Numbered from the stretch's first letter, positions 1 through 10,303 are shown. The stretch is 64,000 bases of DNA from Gammaproteobacteria bacterium (GCA_965237805.1 OZ250153.1:288001-352000); one strand, 5' to 3'. Translations and numbers: made by a program. Notes: generated by a model not told the origin, from the letters alone.

Positions 1-45
1 GCAACACAGCGGGGCGGTGTCGTTTAGCCAACCAGATGCAGCCGA

Positions 46-86
46 CTAGATTCAGCTAGCTAGATTCAGCTGGCTAGATCAGCCAG
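46..86. repeat. Short tandem repeat, about 3 copies of a 14-bp unit CTAGATTCAGCTRG
   Basis: ctagattcagctag / ctagattcagctgg / ctagatcagccag read directly; third copy is degenerate and overlaps the stop codon at 79-81. Confidence 0.7.
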
Positions 87-516
87 TTATGGCGGCCAGT
101 TGATCCTGCACTGCCTGATAATCCCAGAATGCGCGCAGGGATTGGATCAGGCCGTCAGCATTGACTTGGTAGATGACGATCATGTCGAGTTCGAAGGAGA
201 GCTCCTCGCTAATCTGATTGCGCATGGTGACGAAGACCGCGCATTGGTCGGCGCGCGGGATGCGGCTTTTGACCGCAAAACTCTGGCTACCGCCAGCGAT
301 GACATCGTCCCAGAAGCCAGCGATGGCCGCAAGCCCTTGACGGCCGTTACCGCTGGGATCCAAGGGCGAGATGCCGACTGGATCTTGCACCACGGCATCG
401 GCAGCGAACAGCGCCAGCCAAGCGGCCCGGTCGTGTGCCTCGACGGCGGCGAAAGAGCGGTAATTGGCGAGTGCGGCGGGGTGCTCTGGGGCTTGCGAAA
501 AATCAGCAGCACTCAT
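79..516 (-). CDS. SnoaL-like / NTF2 family protein (ketosteroid isomerase-like)
   Basis: WLALFAADAVVQDPVG...G..AIAGFWD and IQSLRAFWD motifs; ATG at 516 overlaps the upstream stop (ATGA). Confidence 0.85.
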   Translation of the reverse strand: MSAADFSQAPEHPAALANYRSFAAVEAHDRAAWLALFAADAVVQDPVGISPLDPSGNGRQGLAAIAGFWDDVIAGGSQSFAVKSRIPRADQCAVFVTMRNQISEELSFELDMIVIYQVNADGLIQSLRAFWDYQAVQDQLAAITG

Positions 517-908
517 GAATCGGCCTCGACCAGCTCCATGCAGCTGTCGTCCCAATAGGCTTGGCCATGCTGGATGCGCCCCTCGTCGTTGAAGACGAAG
601 CGATCCACCGCTTTGAGATTGACGCCGCCGCCAGCCGGCATGCGCACCACCATGGTGAAGACCAGCAGACCCTCTGTGCCGCAGACGACAATGCGTTCGG
701 CCTTGGGCGCTAATTTGGCACCGTCAGTGTGTGCGAATTCCCAAAATTTGCGGATGCCGTCGTGCCCCAAGTGCGGCGGGGTGCCGACCGGATCTTCCCA
801 CACGCAATCTTCGGCGAAAACTGACAGCAACAAATCCAAATCGTCGCTGTTGTAGGCCCGCACATAGGACTCGATCGCCACGCGGATCTGTTCGGATGTG
901 ACCGCCAT
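513..908 (-). CDS. SnoaL-like / NTF2 family protein (steroid delta-isomerase-like)
   Basis: YVRAYN...FAEDCVWEDPVGTPPHLGHDGIRKFW and D.FVFNDEGRI; AGGAG RBS upstream of ATG 908. Confidence 0.85.
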   Translation of the reverse strand: MAVTSEQIRVAIESYVRAYNSDDLDLLLSVFAEDCVWEDPVGTPPHLGHDGIRKFWEFAHTDGAKLAPKAERIVVCGTEGLLVFTMVVRMPAGGGVNLKAVDRFVFNDEGRIQHGQAYWDDSCMELVEADS

Positions 909-1042
909 CGCTACACTCCTGCACTTTGCTAGGTATTTAAAGCAAGCTTTGACAGTCTTACCAACATGGTAGCAGATTGTGCTCAGCACCGTGACTGTGC
1001 CTTAGAATGACGGGCTGATACTAGCGAATACGGAGATTTCTC

Positions 1043-1942
1043 ATGTTGCGATTTGCCTACACTGAGAGCATGTGCGATCCGGCACTCTACCTCGAACTCG
1101 CGCAAGCCGCCGAGCGCAATGGCTTCGACAGCTATTTAGTGCCGGATAGCATCTGCTACCCGCGCCAATCTGATGCCAAGTACCCCTACACCGTCACCGG
1201 TGAGCGAGAATTCCTCGACGGTTGCCCTTTTATCGACCCGCTGATCCAGATCGCCGCCATGGGGGCAGTCACCGAGCGCATTAAATTTTTGACCTTCGTC
1301 CTCAAGGCACCGATTCGCAACCCCGTGTTGCTGAGCAAGCAAAGCACTTCAACGGCGGTCATGACTGGCAACCGCCTGCTACTCGGCATCGGTCTCAGCC
1401 CGTGGCCGGAGGATTACCAAGTTTGCGCTCAGCCATGGGAACGCCGCGGCGCGCGCTTAGACGAGATGATCGAGATCCTGCGCGGACTGGAGAGCGGGGC
1501 CTATTACAGCCACGAGGGCGAGTTCTACCAACTGCCCGAGATCAAGCTGTGCCCGGTGCCGTCGAAGCCGACGCCGCTACTGATTGGCGGCCACTCGGAT
1601 GCCGCATTGCGCCGCGCCGCACGACTCAGCGATGGCTGGGTACACGCCGGTGCTGGCGGGCGCGACGACACGGTTGAATTGGAGCAGATGGTCGTGCGCT
1701 TGCATGAACTGCGCGCCGAATACGGTGTCGAGGACCAGCCCTTCCGTATTTTTGCCTTATCGGCCTTGGCCTACACCCCCGAGGGGCTGAGCCGTTTGGA
1801 GGCGCTGGGTGTCACCGATGTCGGTGTCGCCTTTCGCGATCCCTACGCCGGTATAGACCAACAGCCGATATCGCAAAAACTGGACTTGATGCAGCAATAC
1901 GCCGAGGGTGTCATGGTGCCGTGGCAGCAGGCCAACAGCTGA
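1043..1942 (+). CDS. LLM-class (luciferase-like) oxidoreductase, probably F420-dependent (Rv2161c/TIGR03619-like)
   Basis: AQAAE..GFDS..VPD, DPLIQIAAMGAVTERI, RGARLDEMIEIL, PLLIGGHSDAALRRAARLSDGW; GGAG RBS. Confidence 0.85.
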   Translation: MLRFAYTESMCDPALYLELAQAAERNGFDSYLVPDSICYPRQSDAKYPYTVTGEREFLDGCPFIDPLIQIAAMGAVTERIKFLTFVLKAPIRNPVLLSKQSTSTAVMTGNRLLLGIGLSPWPEDYQVCAQPWERRGARLDEMIEILRGLESGAYYSHEGEFYQLPEIKLCPVPSKPTPLLIGGHSDAALRRAARLSDGWVHAGAGGRDDTVELEQMVVRLHELRAEYGVEDQPFRIFALSALAYTPEGLSRLEALGVTDVGVAFRDPYAGIDQQPISQKLDLMQQYAEGVMVPWQQANS

Positions 1943-1978
1943 GCGACAGCTGGGTTGAGCAGTGCTGTGCAGCGTCGG

Positions 1979-2380
1979 CTAAACATCAGCTAAGGGGCTT
2001 GATCCGCCCTCTAAGATCACCGCTGCCAGCACGAAATCGCCCTCATCGCTGAGACTCAAATGGCAGCGCGAAACGCCGCGCTCGTGCGCCAGCTCGATGG
2101 CGCGACCATGTAGCAACAGCGCTGGCGCTCCGAGGGCATCATGGCGCAGCTCCATGTCACGCCAACCCAAGCGGGCACCGATGCCAGTGCCAAAAGCCTT
2201 GGCAGCCGCCTCGCGAACAGCGAAACGACTGGCCAAAAAGCGCGGCGATGAGTGGCGTTGCAGGAAAATCTCAAACTCCCGCGGGCGCAACACGCGCAAC
2301 GGCAAGCGCTCGCCACTACGAGACAATGCCCGCTCTATACGGGGCACCGACACCATATCGATGCCGAAGCCAACAATCAC
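1979..2380 (-). CDS. acpS: Holo-[acyl-carrier-protein] synthase
   Basis: VIVGFGIDMV, RFAVREAAAKAFGTG, HLSLSDE; GTG overlaps the recO stop. Confidence 0.92.
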   Translation of the reverse strand: MIVGFGIDMVSVPRIERALSRSGERLPLRVLRPREFEIFLQRHSSPRFLASRFAVREAAAKAFGTGIGARLGWRDMELRHDALGAPALLLHGRAIELAHERGVSRCHLSLSDEGDFVLAAVILEGGSSPLADV

Positions 2381-3096
2381 CGCGCCGCACTCGGCAAGGC
2401 GGCAAACAGCTGATAACTGGCGAGGGGACGCGGGCCGAGCAACGCCGAGAGGGCGTGCCGGGTCACGCTGCGCGCCACCCGGCACAGCTCCGTAGTCTCG
2501 AGCTCACCAGCCGCCAGCTGGAGCAGCACCGCACCGGCAACGCCCCCCCGCTCCAGCTCGCTACTGATAAAACCAACCCCGGCTTCAAAACGGTACCAAG
2601 CAGTGGCGCAGACCGCTACCTCGGCACCGGCATCGAAGCCAAAATCGACACCGTAGCCAAGCGCCCATAGCAAACGCAGCTCGAAACGGCGCAAGGCGAG
2701 TGCCACGTCGTCGCTGTCGACAGCTGCGGCCAGCGCCGCTAGGGCTGTGCCGTAGTCCTCGAACAGCTGTGGCAAGGGGTCGTGCAACGGCAACAGTCGG
2801 TAGAGCAGCTCATTGAGGTAGAGTGCGGCGAGCAATGCGCGTCCACCGAGGCACGGCGCGCTGGCATCGTCGCGCTCCAAAGCGCCCAGCGTCAACAATT
2901 CTCCACGACCGCTCCACGAAGCCAGCAGCGGGTGGAAAGGCTCGGCACAGGCGCCGCGGTGACGCGGGCGACGGACGCCGCGGGCGACGCCTCGCAGGCG
3001 GCCCCGCTCGGCGACAAATAGGTCGACCAGCAGGCTGCTGTCGCGATAGGCTCGTGTATGCAAGACCCAACAGCGCGCCAAGCGCACCCGCTCCAC
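2377..3096 (-). CDS. recO: DNA repair protein RecO
   Basis: VLHTRAYRDSSLLVDLF, LYLNELLYRLL, LRRFELRLL..LGYG; position after era. Confidence 0.93.
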   Translation of the reverse strand: MERVRLARCWVLHTRAYRDSSLLVDLFVAERGRLRGVARGVRRPRHRGACAEPFHPLLASWSGRGELLTLGALERDDASAPCLGGRALLAALYLNELLYRLLPLHDPLPQLFEDYGTALAALAAAVDSDDVALALRRFELRLLWALGYGVDFGFDAGAEVAVCATAWYRFEAGVGFISSELERGGVAGAVLLQLAAGELETTELCRVARSVTRHALSALLGPRPLASYQLFAALPSAAR

Positions 3097-3105
3097 GCCA
3101 ATTCC

Positions 3106-3981
3106 TTAGCGCTTGGCCACGCCGGCACTCGCTGGCATGGAGGCGACCCTCACCCACAAACGCAAATCGACGCGCCGACCGAGTAAGGGCTCTAGGTCGA
3201 GGCGCGCCGCTGTACCGATAGCCTTCAGCAAGCGGCCACCGCGACCGATGACGATCGCGCGCTGGCGCTCTCGCGGCACCTCCAGTAGCACGTGGATGCG
3301 GCACAGCCCATCGCACCATTCCAGCTGCTCAACACGGGGGAGCACAACGTAGGGCAGCTCATCGCCCAAGCGACGCATCAATTGCTCACGCAACATTTCC
3401 TCGACCAAGAACTGCGGTTCACAGTCGGTATGACAACCCGGCGGGAAACGGTGCGCGGCCTGAGGCAAGTGGCGCTTAACGCACTGCTGCAGGCGCTCGA
3501 TATTGCTATCTTTGAGCGCTGAAACCGGCACCAAATCAAGGAAATCGGCGCGTGTGGCCAAGCGTTCCAACTGCGGCAACAAGGCCGCACGGTCGGCCAG
3601 CTGGTCGATTTTGTTCAACACGGCCAGCGGTCGCGCGTCGCAGCGCTCGAGCAGACGCCGCAGCGCCCGATCATCGTCATCACCCCAACGCCCCTGCTCG
3701 CAGATGAACAGCGCCAAAACCGCACCGTCCAAGCCGCTGTCCACCGCCGCCGACAAGCTGCGGGCAGCCTCCCCTTGACCCGCCCCAATGCCGGGGGTGT
3801 CGATATAGATCGCCTGCGATGCACCGTCGGTGCTGATGCCCAGCACCCGGTGGCGAGTGGTGCGGGGGCGGCGCGAAGTGGCGCTGAGTTTGCGCCCGAC
3901 CAAGCGGTTGAGCAAGGTCGATTTGCCGACATTGGGACGTCCTACAATGGCGACGCAACCACAGCGTGGCGGCTCGCTCAC
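3106..3981 (-). CDS. era: GTPase Era
   Basis: GRPNVGKSTLLN, DTPG, NKID, ELPY, IVIGRGG KH domain; GTG overlaps the rnc stop. Confidence 0.95.
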   Translation of the reverse strand: MSEPPRCGCVAIVGRPNVGKSTLLNRLVGRKLSATSRRPRTTRHRVLGISTDGASQAIYIDTPGIGAGQGEAARSLSAAVDSGLDGAVLALFICEQGRWGDDDDRALRRLLERCDARPLAVLNKIDQLADRAALLPQLERLATRADFLDLVPVSALKDSNIERLQQCVKRHLPQAAHRFPPGCHTDCEPQFLVEEMLREQLMRRLGDELPYVVLPRVEQLEWCDGLCRIHVLLEVPRERQRAIVIGRGGRLLKAIGTAARLDLEPLLGRRVDLRLWVRVASMPASAGVAKR

Positions 3982-4655
3982 GACACCGATGTGCCCTCCA
4001 ATTGCACCAGCAAAGCCACCGCCGCCCGCTGCTCGGCTTGGCGCTTGGTGCGACCGATGCCAGTGGCGCACTGACCGGCGGCGTTGCAGCAGACGCTGAA
4101 AGCGCCATCGTGGTGTCGACGCTCCGTCAGCACGTACTCAGGTAGTGGGAGAGCTCGGCTTTGCTGGTATTCCTGCAAGCGCGTCTTGGCATCTTTGGGC
4201 AGGGGCAACTCGGCGGGCAAGGCCGCCAGCTGCGGCTCCAGCCAAAGCAGCACATAGGGCTTGGCGCGCTCCATCCCGCCATCTTCAAACAGCGCGCCGA
4301 TCAGCGCCTCGACGGCATCGGCGACCATGTTGTCGGTGATCTGGCGCACACCGGGGCCGAGCTGCAGCTCGGTGGCCAAGCCGAGCTGCAGACCGAGGGC
4401 AGCCAAGCGCTCGCCGCACACCCAGTCGGCGCGCACCCGGCTGAGCGCGCCCGGATCAGCCTCGGCAAAACGCATACAGAGCAGCTCGGAGACGATCAAC
4501 TGCAACACTGCATCGCCGAGAAATTCCAGCTGCTCATTGTGCGGAGAGCCGCAGCTGCGATGGATCATGGCTTGATCGAATAAGGCGGGGTTGCGGAATG
4601 CCGCCCGCACCGTAGCAAGTGATCCACCACCCTCGCTGAGACGACGCAAGCCCAT
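3978..4655 (-). CDS. rnc: Ribonuclease III
   Basis: HNEQLEFLGDAVL signature, ADAVEALIGA, dsRBD KDAKTRLQEYQQ...AEQRAA. Confidence 0.95.
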   Translation of the reverse strand: MGLRRLSEGGGSLATVRAAFRNPALFDQAMIHRSCGSPHNEQLEFLGDAVLQLIVSELLCMRFAEADPGALSRVRADWVCGERLAALGLQLGLATELQLGPGVRQITDNMVADAVEALIGALFEDGGMERAKPYVLLWLEPQLAALPAELPLPKDAKTRLQEYQQSRALPLPEYVLTERRHHDGAFSVCCNAAGQCATGIGRTKRQAEQRAAVALLVQLEGTSVS

Positions 4656-4665
4656 CGATCGCCCC

Positions 4666-5430
4666 CTATTGCACTGGACCGACGCGATCCAGATTGAAGA
4701 AGCCACCCGGCGCTTTGCTCAGCCACACGCGCGTGACCGCACCCACCATATTGTTGTAGCCCACCGTACCCCAGACACGACTGTCTTCGCTGTTGCCACG
4801 GTTGTCACCCATCATGAAATAGCTGTGTTCCGGGATCTCTACAGTGTAGAGATTCAGGTGCGGATCCAACAGGATGCGGTGTCGGCTGTCGCTGCCGGGC
4901 AGCTGCTCCCACACAACCGAACTGGCCGGGCCATCCAAACCCTGTAAATAATAGTCATCCTCCCCCTCTGCCTGCACATAAATAGCAGGCTCTCCATTGA
5001 TCGCCAGCTGCCCCCCCGCATACTGCAAGTGATCTCCGGGCAAGCCGACCACGCGTTTGACATAGTAGCCCCGCCCCCGGTGCGGGGGATAAAAGACGAC
5101 GACATCGCCTCGCTGTAGCGGGCGACCGCTGATCAGCGGCTTAGAACTCAGCGGCGCACGCACACCGTAGGCATATTTCTGCACCAAGATGTAGTCCCCC
5201 TCAAACAGCGTCGGCACCATTGAAGCGGAGGGGATGTACGAGGGCTCTACCACAGCCGTTCGCACCACCAGCACCGTGAAGAAAACCAGCAGCAAAGTCC
5301 GCACCCACGGTGCCCACGGCGGATGCTCGCGGTAAGGGTGGGCAATCTGGGCTTGAGCGGTCAGCACCCACACCAAAAATAACAGGCCGGTGATGACGAC
5401 CAGCAGCAATTGGATAGTGTTGGCGTTCAT
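4666..5430 (-). CDS. lepB: Signal peptidase I
   Basis: [46 protein letters not shown]. Confidence 0.95.
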   Translation of the reverse strand: MNANTIQLLLVVITGLLFLVWVLTAQAQIAHPYREHPPWAPWVRTLLLVFFTVLVVRTAVVEPSYIPSASMVPTLFEGDYILVQKYAYGVRAPLSSKPLISGRPLQRGDVVVFYPPHRGRGYYVKRVVGLPGDHLQYAGGQLAINGEPAIYVQAEGEDDYYLQGLDGPASSVVWEQLPGSDSRHRILLDPHLNLYTVEIPEHSYFMMGDNRGNSEDSRVWGTVGYNNMVGAVTRVWLSKAPGGFFNLDRVGPVQ

Positions 5431-7226
5431 TTGGGCTGGTGATCGATGCGTAAAAGCGCCATGAAAGCCTCTTTGGGCACATCAACACGCCCTAGTTTTT
5501 TCATGCGGCGCTTTCCTACGCGTTGTTTTTCAAGCAGTTTCTTTTTGCGGCTGATATCGCCACCATAGCATTTGGCAGTGACATTTTTGCGTCGCGCACG
5601 CACAGTCTGCCGGGCGATGACGCGAGAGCCGACCACTGCCTGCACGGCGATGTCGAACATCTGCCGCGGCAACAACTCCTTCATGCGCTCGACCAGCTGA
5701 CGCCCGCGCTGTTGCACTTGGCTGCGATGCACGATTGCAGCCAAAGCATCTAAGCGATCGCCATTGAGCAACACATCGACCCGCGCTAACGGAGCAGGCT
5801 GGTAGCCATCGACACTGTAATCTAGTGAGGCAAAACCGCGACTGATCGATTTCAAACGGTCGTGGAAATCCAAAATCACCTCGCTCATAGGCAGGCGGAA
5901 CTCTAAGCAGACTTGATCGCCGACATATTGTAGCGATTGCTGCACACCTCGTCTACGCACACACAATTCCAACAAGGCCCCGAGATAGGCGCGCGGGCTC
6001 AGGATAGAGGCGCGCACCATCGGCTCAAAGCTGGTGGCGATGCGGGCAGGATCGGGCATGTCTGCCGGGGTGACGACCGCTAAGTCCTCACCGCTGGTCG
6101 CCGTGATGCGGTAGGCCACATTCGGCGCGGTAGCAATCAATTCGAGGGCGTATTCGCGCTCGAGGCGGGCTTGGACTATCTCCATATGCAACAAACCGAG
6201 GAAACCACAGCGGAAGCCGGGGCCGAGCGCCTCCGAGGAAGTCGGCTCGTAACGCAGGGCGGCATCGTTGAGTGACAACCGCCCCAAGGCCTCGCGGAAA
6301 GCATTGAACTGATCGGTTTCCAGCGGGTAGAGACCGGCGTAGACACGCGGCTCGGCGCGGCGGAAACCGGGCAGCGCCACCGTGTCGGAATCGGCAACCA
6401 AGGTGTCGCCAACTGGCGCGGCGTGGATGTCCTTCACACCGGCGATGACAAAGCCCACCTCGCCAGCACCCAGCTGCTCGACAAATTCGCGCCGCGGCCG
6501 GAAGCGGCCAAGCCGTTCAACTTGGTGCGCGACACCAGTCGACACGACGATGGTGCGAGCGTTGCGACGCAGCTGGCCGTGTACAACCCGAACCAGCGAT
6601 ACCACGCCCAGATAACGATCGAACCACGAGTCAATGATCAGCGCCTGTAGTTTGCCCTGTGGATCACCGAGCGGCGGCGGCACTGAACGCACCACCGTTT
6701 CCAACACCGAGCGCACATCGGCACCGGTCTTGGCGCTGATACGGCAATGCACGCTGGTATCGAGGCCGATAATCTCCTCAATTTGCTCCAACACCTGATC
6801 GGGTGCGGCGGAATCCAAATCCATCTTGTTCAACACTGGCAACACCGTGAGACCCTGATCCACCGCCGTGTGGCAGTTGGCCACCGACTGGGCCTCGACC
6901 CCTTGGCTGGCATCGACCAGTAGCAACGCTCCCTCGCAAGCTGCCAAAGAGCGCGAGACCTCGTAGGAAAAATCGACATGACCGGGCGTATCGATCAGGT
7001 TGAGGTGGTAGTGGCGGCCATCTAGAGCACAGTAGTCAAGCGCCACACACTGCGCCTTGATGGTGATGCCGCGCTCGCGCTCCAACTCCATGCTGTCCAG
7101 CACTTGGCTCGACATCTCGCGCTCGCTGAGTCCGCCGCAGAGCTGGATGAAGCGATCCGCCAGCGTCGATTTGCCGTGATCGATATGGGCAATCAAGCTG
7201 AAATTTCGAATCGACTCCAAGTCCAT
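5427..7226 (-). CDS. lepA: Translation elongation factor 4
   Basis: [51 protein letters not shown]. Confidence 0.98.
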   Translation of the reverse strand: MDLESIRNFSLIAHIDHGKSTLADRFIQLCGGLSEREMSSQVLDSMELERERGITIKAQCVALDYCALDGRHYHLNLIDTPGHVDFSYEVSRSLAACEGALLLVDASQGVEAQSVANCHTAVDQGLTVLPVLNKMDLDSAAPDQVLEQIEEIIGLDTSVHCRISAKTGADVRSVLETVVRSVPPPLGDPQGKLQALIIDSWFDRYLGVVSLVRVVHGQLRRNARTIVVSTGVAHQVERLGRFRPRREFVEQLGAGEVGFVIAGVKDIHAAPVGDTLVADSDTVALPGFRRAEPRVYAGLYPLETDQFNAFREALGRLSLNDAALRYEPTSSEALGPGFRCGFLGLLHMEIVQARLEREYALELIATAPNVAYRITATSGEDLAVVTPADMPDPARIATSFEPMVRASILSPRAYLGALLELCVRRRGVQQSLQYVGDQVCLEFRLPMSEVILDFHDRLKSISRGFASLDYSVDGYQPAPLARVDVLLNGDRLDALAAIVHRSQVQQRGRQLVERMKELLPRQMFDIAVQAVVGSRVIARQTVRARRKNVTAKCYGGDISRKKKLLEKQRVGKRRMKKLGRVDVPKEAFMALLRIDHQPK

Positions 7227-7726
7227 CAGCGATCGCTGGCGAGCGGTGCGTCGCCAGTTCCTCCGACGGAGGACGACGGCACGAGGGGCGGCAGCGTGCG
7301 CAACAGCTGGGGGGATGCGGTGGCCAGCCGGCGGTGACTGCCGGCGCGAGCCAGCACGACACCAGCAGCGAAGCCGATCAAGCCCACCGCCAGCTGCCAG
7401 CCCTCGGCACTGCCCGCTGGCAGCCAGTGCACGGCCAGCATCAGAGCGGACAAAAAACCCAGCAGCGGTGCCAAATAGCTCAACAGAGCCGCAACGAGCA
7501 ACGGCGCGGTCTCCAGCCCGATCTCGACCCGCTGCCCGGAGCGCAAAGCCGCAGCGCTACCGGGCGGCAACGGCACGCGTAGGCGGCGCTCAGCGGCGCA
7601 GCGGGAGCTGCGACCAGCGAAACCGCAGGCACCATTGCAGGAGGCACAGCGCAGCTGACGCTGCTCCATGTCCAGCCACATGCAATCCTTGGCCAGTTCG
7701 ACGATGCGTCCAGATTCTGTCAACAC
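7226..7726 (-). CDS. rseC: RseC/MucC family membrane protein
   Basis: [34 protein letters not shown] plus two TM helices; upstream of lepA. Confidence 0.8.
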   Translation of the reverse strand: MLTESGRIVELAKDCMWLDMEQRQLRCASCNGACGFAGRSSRCAAERRLRVPLPPGSAAALRSGQRVEIGLETAPLLVAALLSYLAPLLGFLSALMLAVHWLPAGSAEGWQLAVGLIGFAAGVVLARAGSHRRLATASPQLLRTLPPLVPSSSVGGTGDAPLASDR

Positions 7727-8010
7727 AGCGCAACTCCCGCCCGGATGCGAGCGTGCTCGCGCACCGCGCGCACCACCGATGCCAATAGGGTATCGGATAC
7801 CGCCTCACCACGCACCAGCCATGAGTACAGCTGCGGATCCTCGCAGTCCAACAGACTGCGGTAGTCCGCCTGTGCCTCAGCCGACAGGCCGGGCAACAGC
7901 TCTTCGGAAAAAGGCAGCAGCATCAAATCTAATTCCAGCATACCGCGGCGACTGTGCCAACACAGGCGACGCAACAGGGCTGGGGACGCATCGTGCTCGC
8001 GGTCGACCAT
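7720..8010 (-). CDS. sdhE: FAD assembly factor SdhE (YgfY)
   Basis: RLCWHSRRGMLELDLML, LLDCEDPQLYSW; divergent from ygfZ. Confidence 0.93.
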   Translation of the reverse strand: MVDREHDASPALLRRLCWHSRRGMLELDLMLLPFSEELLPGLSAEAQADYRSLLDCEDPQLYSWLVRGEAVSDTLLASVVRAVREHARIRAGVALC

Positions 8011-8130
8011 CGTGCAATCCAGAACGCAGCTGGCAGCGCACAAAACGGCTCATATTCTAGCAAATGGCCGCGCTGGTCGAGCGCTCACGGCAATTTGCCA
8101 GCTTGGGGAATCGATGATAATGACAGGACT

Positions 8131-9165
8131 ATGCAACACTCCGACCCCATCTTGTCCAACTGGTGGGAACTGCTGGCTCCGGAGATCGGATCGGATGACG
8201 GCCTGCGAAGCGACGAGAGCCCAGAGGATTGCGATCGGCTGGCGGAGGCTGGGACGCAACCGCTGTTGGCAGCGCTGCCCAGCCGCGGCGTGCTGTCCTT
8301 GGAGGGCGCGGATGCCACCCGCTTCCTACAGGGGCAATTCAGCTGTGATGTGAGCACCGTGGCGGTGGGCGAGAGCCTGCCCAGCGCCTGCTGTACGCCC
8401 AAGGGACGCGCAGTGGCCAATCCGAGGCTATGGCGCATCGACGAACAGCGCTGGTTGTTGGTTTTGCCACGCGAGGCCATCGCAGCGCTGAGCGAGTTCC
8501 TCAGCCGCTATCTCGTCTTCTCGCGCGCCGAGCTGCGCGATCTCAGCGATGAGCTGCTCGCCTGCGCCAGTTTCGGGGCAGTGGACTGCACCGGGCTGGA
8601 TGCGCTGGCCGATGTGCCAGACAACAGCTGGGGTGGCGCAGCGGAGCACGGCTGGTGGCGGCGCGTCGCCCCACAGTGGCGCGAGCTGTGGCTACCGGCG
8701 GAGCGGGCCGCCGAACAGTGGTCCCAGCTGGTGGCCAACGGGGCGCAGCCAGTGGGCGAGGCGGTGTGGCAGCTGAAGCTGATACGGCGCGGCGACGGCG
8801 AGCTGAGGCAGCGGACATCCGGTGTCTTCCTGCCACAGATGCTCAATCTGGATGCCCGCGGCGGTATCGATTACGACAAGGGGTGCTACACCGGGCAAGA
8901 GGTGGTCGCCAGAACGCATTTTCGCGGCCAGCTCAAGCGCCGCATGTATCGCGCCGAGCTCGAGGCCAGCGCACTGCCGACACCCGGCACAGCACTGCAC
9001 GATCCGAACGGCCTGAGCTGTGGCCAAGTACTGTGCGCCGCACCAGTAGCCACTGGCAAATGGGAGCTGTTGGCGGTGTTGCGCTGCGAGGCGCGAGCAA
9101 CGGCGCAACTGGACGGCGCAGCCTTGCGCCTATTGCCGCTACCCTACCCGCTCGACGAGGACTGA
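8131..9165 (+). CDS. ygfZ: Folate-binding Fe-S maturation / tRNA-modifying protein YgfZ
   Basis: GADATRFLQGQFSCDV, FLPQMLNLD, KGCYTGQEVVAR. Confidence 0.94.
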   Translation: MQHSDPILSNWWELLAPEIGSDDGLRSDESPEDCDRLAEAGTQPLLAALPSRGVLSLEGADATRFLQGQFSCDVSTVAVGESLPSACCTPKGRAVANPRLWRIDEQRWLLVLPREAIAALSEFLSRYLVFSRAELRDLSDELLACASFGAVDCTGLDALADVPDNSWGGAAEHGWWRRVAPQWRELWLPAERAAEQWSQLVANGAQPVGEAVWQLKLIRRGDGELRQRTSGVFLPQMLNLDARGGIDYDKGCYTGQEVVARTHFRGQLKRRMYRAELEASALPTPGTALHDPNGLSCGQVLCAAPVATGKWELLAVLRCEARATAQLDGAALRLLPLPYPLDED

Positions 9166-9851
9166 AGCGGCGGTAGCGCCCAATCGATGGCCGTGCCGCC
9201 TCGTTGGCACAGCCAATCATTGGCTCGTGAAAAATGCCCACAGCCCAGAAAACCGCGATCGGCCGAAAAAGGCGACGGGTGTGAAGTCTCCAGCACGAGG
9301 TGGCAATCGCGCTCGATCAGTTGCCCCCGCTCGTGGGCAGCGTTGCCCCACAGCATGAACACCAATCCCTCGCGTTCGCTGTCGAGCACTTGCATCACGC
9401 GGTCGCTGAAGCGCTCCCAACCGCGCTGGCGGTGGCTGCCGGGACTGCTGGCCTCCACCGTCAGCACACTGTTCAACAGCAGTACCCCCTGCTCTGCCCA
9501 ATAGCGCAAACAGCCGTGCGTGGGCAGCGGCGCACCGACATCGCGCTGCACCTCGCGCTGAATGTTGCGCAGCGACGGCGGCGTGGCAACACCGGGCAAC
9601 ACCGAAAAACACAGGCCGTGTGCCTGCCCCGCACCGTGGTATGGATCTTGCCCCAGCAACACCACCCGCACCGCCTCGAAGGGCGTCAGTTCAAAGGCCT
9701 CAAAGATATGCTGTCCGGGTGGATAGATACTGGTATGACGGCGGCGCGCACGCAGAAAATCGCCCAGCTCGCGCATATAAGGTTGCGCGAATTCCGCCTC
9801 CAGATGCCGTAGCCAAGACGCTGGCAGACGCGGGCGACGAGGCGTGCTCAA
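9144..9851 (-). CDS. ung: Uracil-DNA glycosylase (family 1)
   Basis: LGQDPYHG, PPSLRNI, GVLLLNSVLTV, HPSPFS; start codon uncertain (TTG overlapping the upstream stop). Confidence 0.95.
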   Translation of the reverse strand: MSTPRRPRLPASWLRHLEAEFAQPYMRELGDFLRARRRHTSIYPPGQHIFEAFELTPFEAVRVVLLGQDPYHGAGQAHGLCFSVLPGVATPPSLRNIQREVQRDVGAPLPTHGCLRYWAEQGVLLLNSVLTVEASSPGSHRQRGWERFSDRVMQVLDSEREGLVFMLWGNAAHERGQLIERDCHLVLETSHPSPFSADRGFLGCGHFSRANDWLCQRGGTAIDWALPPLQSSSSG

Positions 9852-10303
9852 CCCAACGGCACAGCTGCGCCTACACCCAGCTCCCAAGTGTGTTCCCAGT
9901 CCACCTGCAGCTCCCTACGGGCAAAGCGCCAGACGCCATTCTCACGGCGCATCTGATCTTGATAGCGGATGCACATATCGTAGCGCTGCCGGCCACCGTC
10001 GCGCGAGCTGAAGTGCAGGGCGATACAGTAAGTCTCGCCGCTGGCGGTGTCGCCCTGCAGCTCGATCAACTGGTTGTGAACGGCGTGGAAAGTCGCGTCG
10101 AAGAAATCATCGATTTGACCGATGACTTTGACGATGGCTGCGCGCCCGTTGTGAGTCTCTTGCCGATAGGGCAGCGACAGCTCGGCATCTTCACAGAACA
10201 CATCCCCCAAGCGCTCGAGATCAACTTTGTCGACAGCCGAGGCATAGCGGCAGGCCAAATCGCGCAAGGCGATGCGATCGCTCAGCTCACTGGTATCCAT
10301 CAC
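9848..10303 (-). CDS. SnoaL-like (SnoaL_4 / NTF2) protein
   Basis: DRIALRDL..RYASAVD, HAVHNQLIEL.GDTA.GETYC, RYQD..RRENGVWRFARR; GGAG RBS. Confidence 0.85.
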   Translation of the reverse strand: MMDTSELSDRIALRDLACRYASAVDKVDLERLGDVFCEDAELSLPYRQETHNGRAAIVKVIGQIDDFFDATFHAVHNQLIELQGDTASGETYCIALHFSSRDGGRQRYDMCIRYQDQMRRENGVWRFARRELQVDWEHTWELGVGAAVPLG

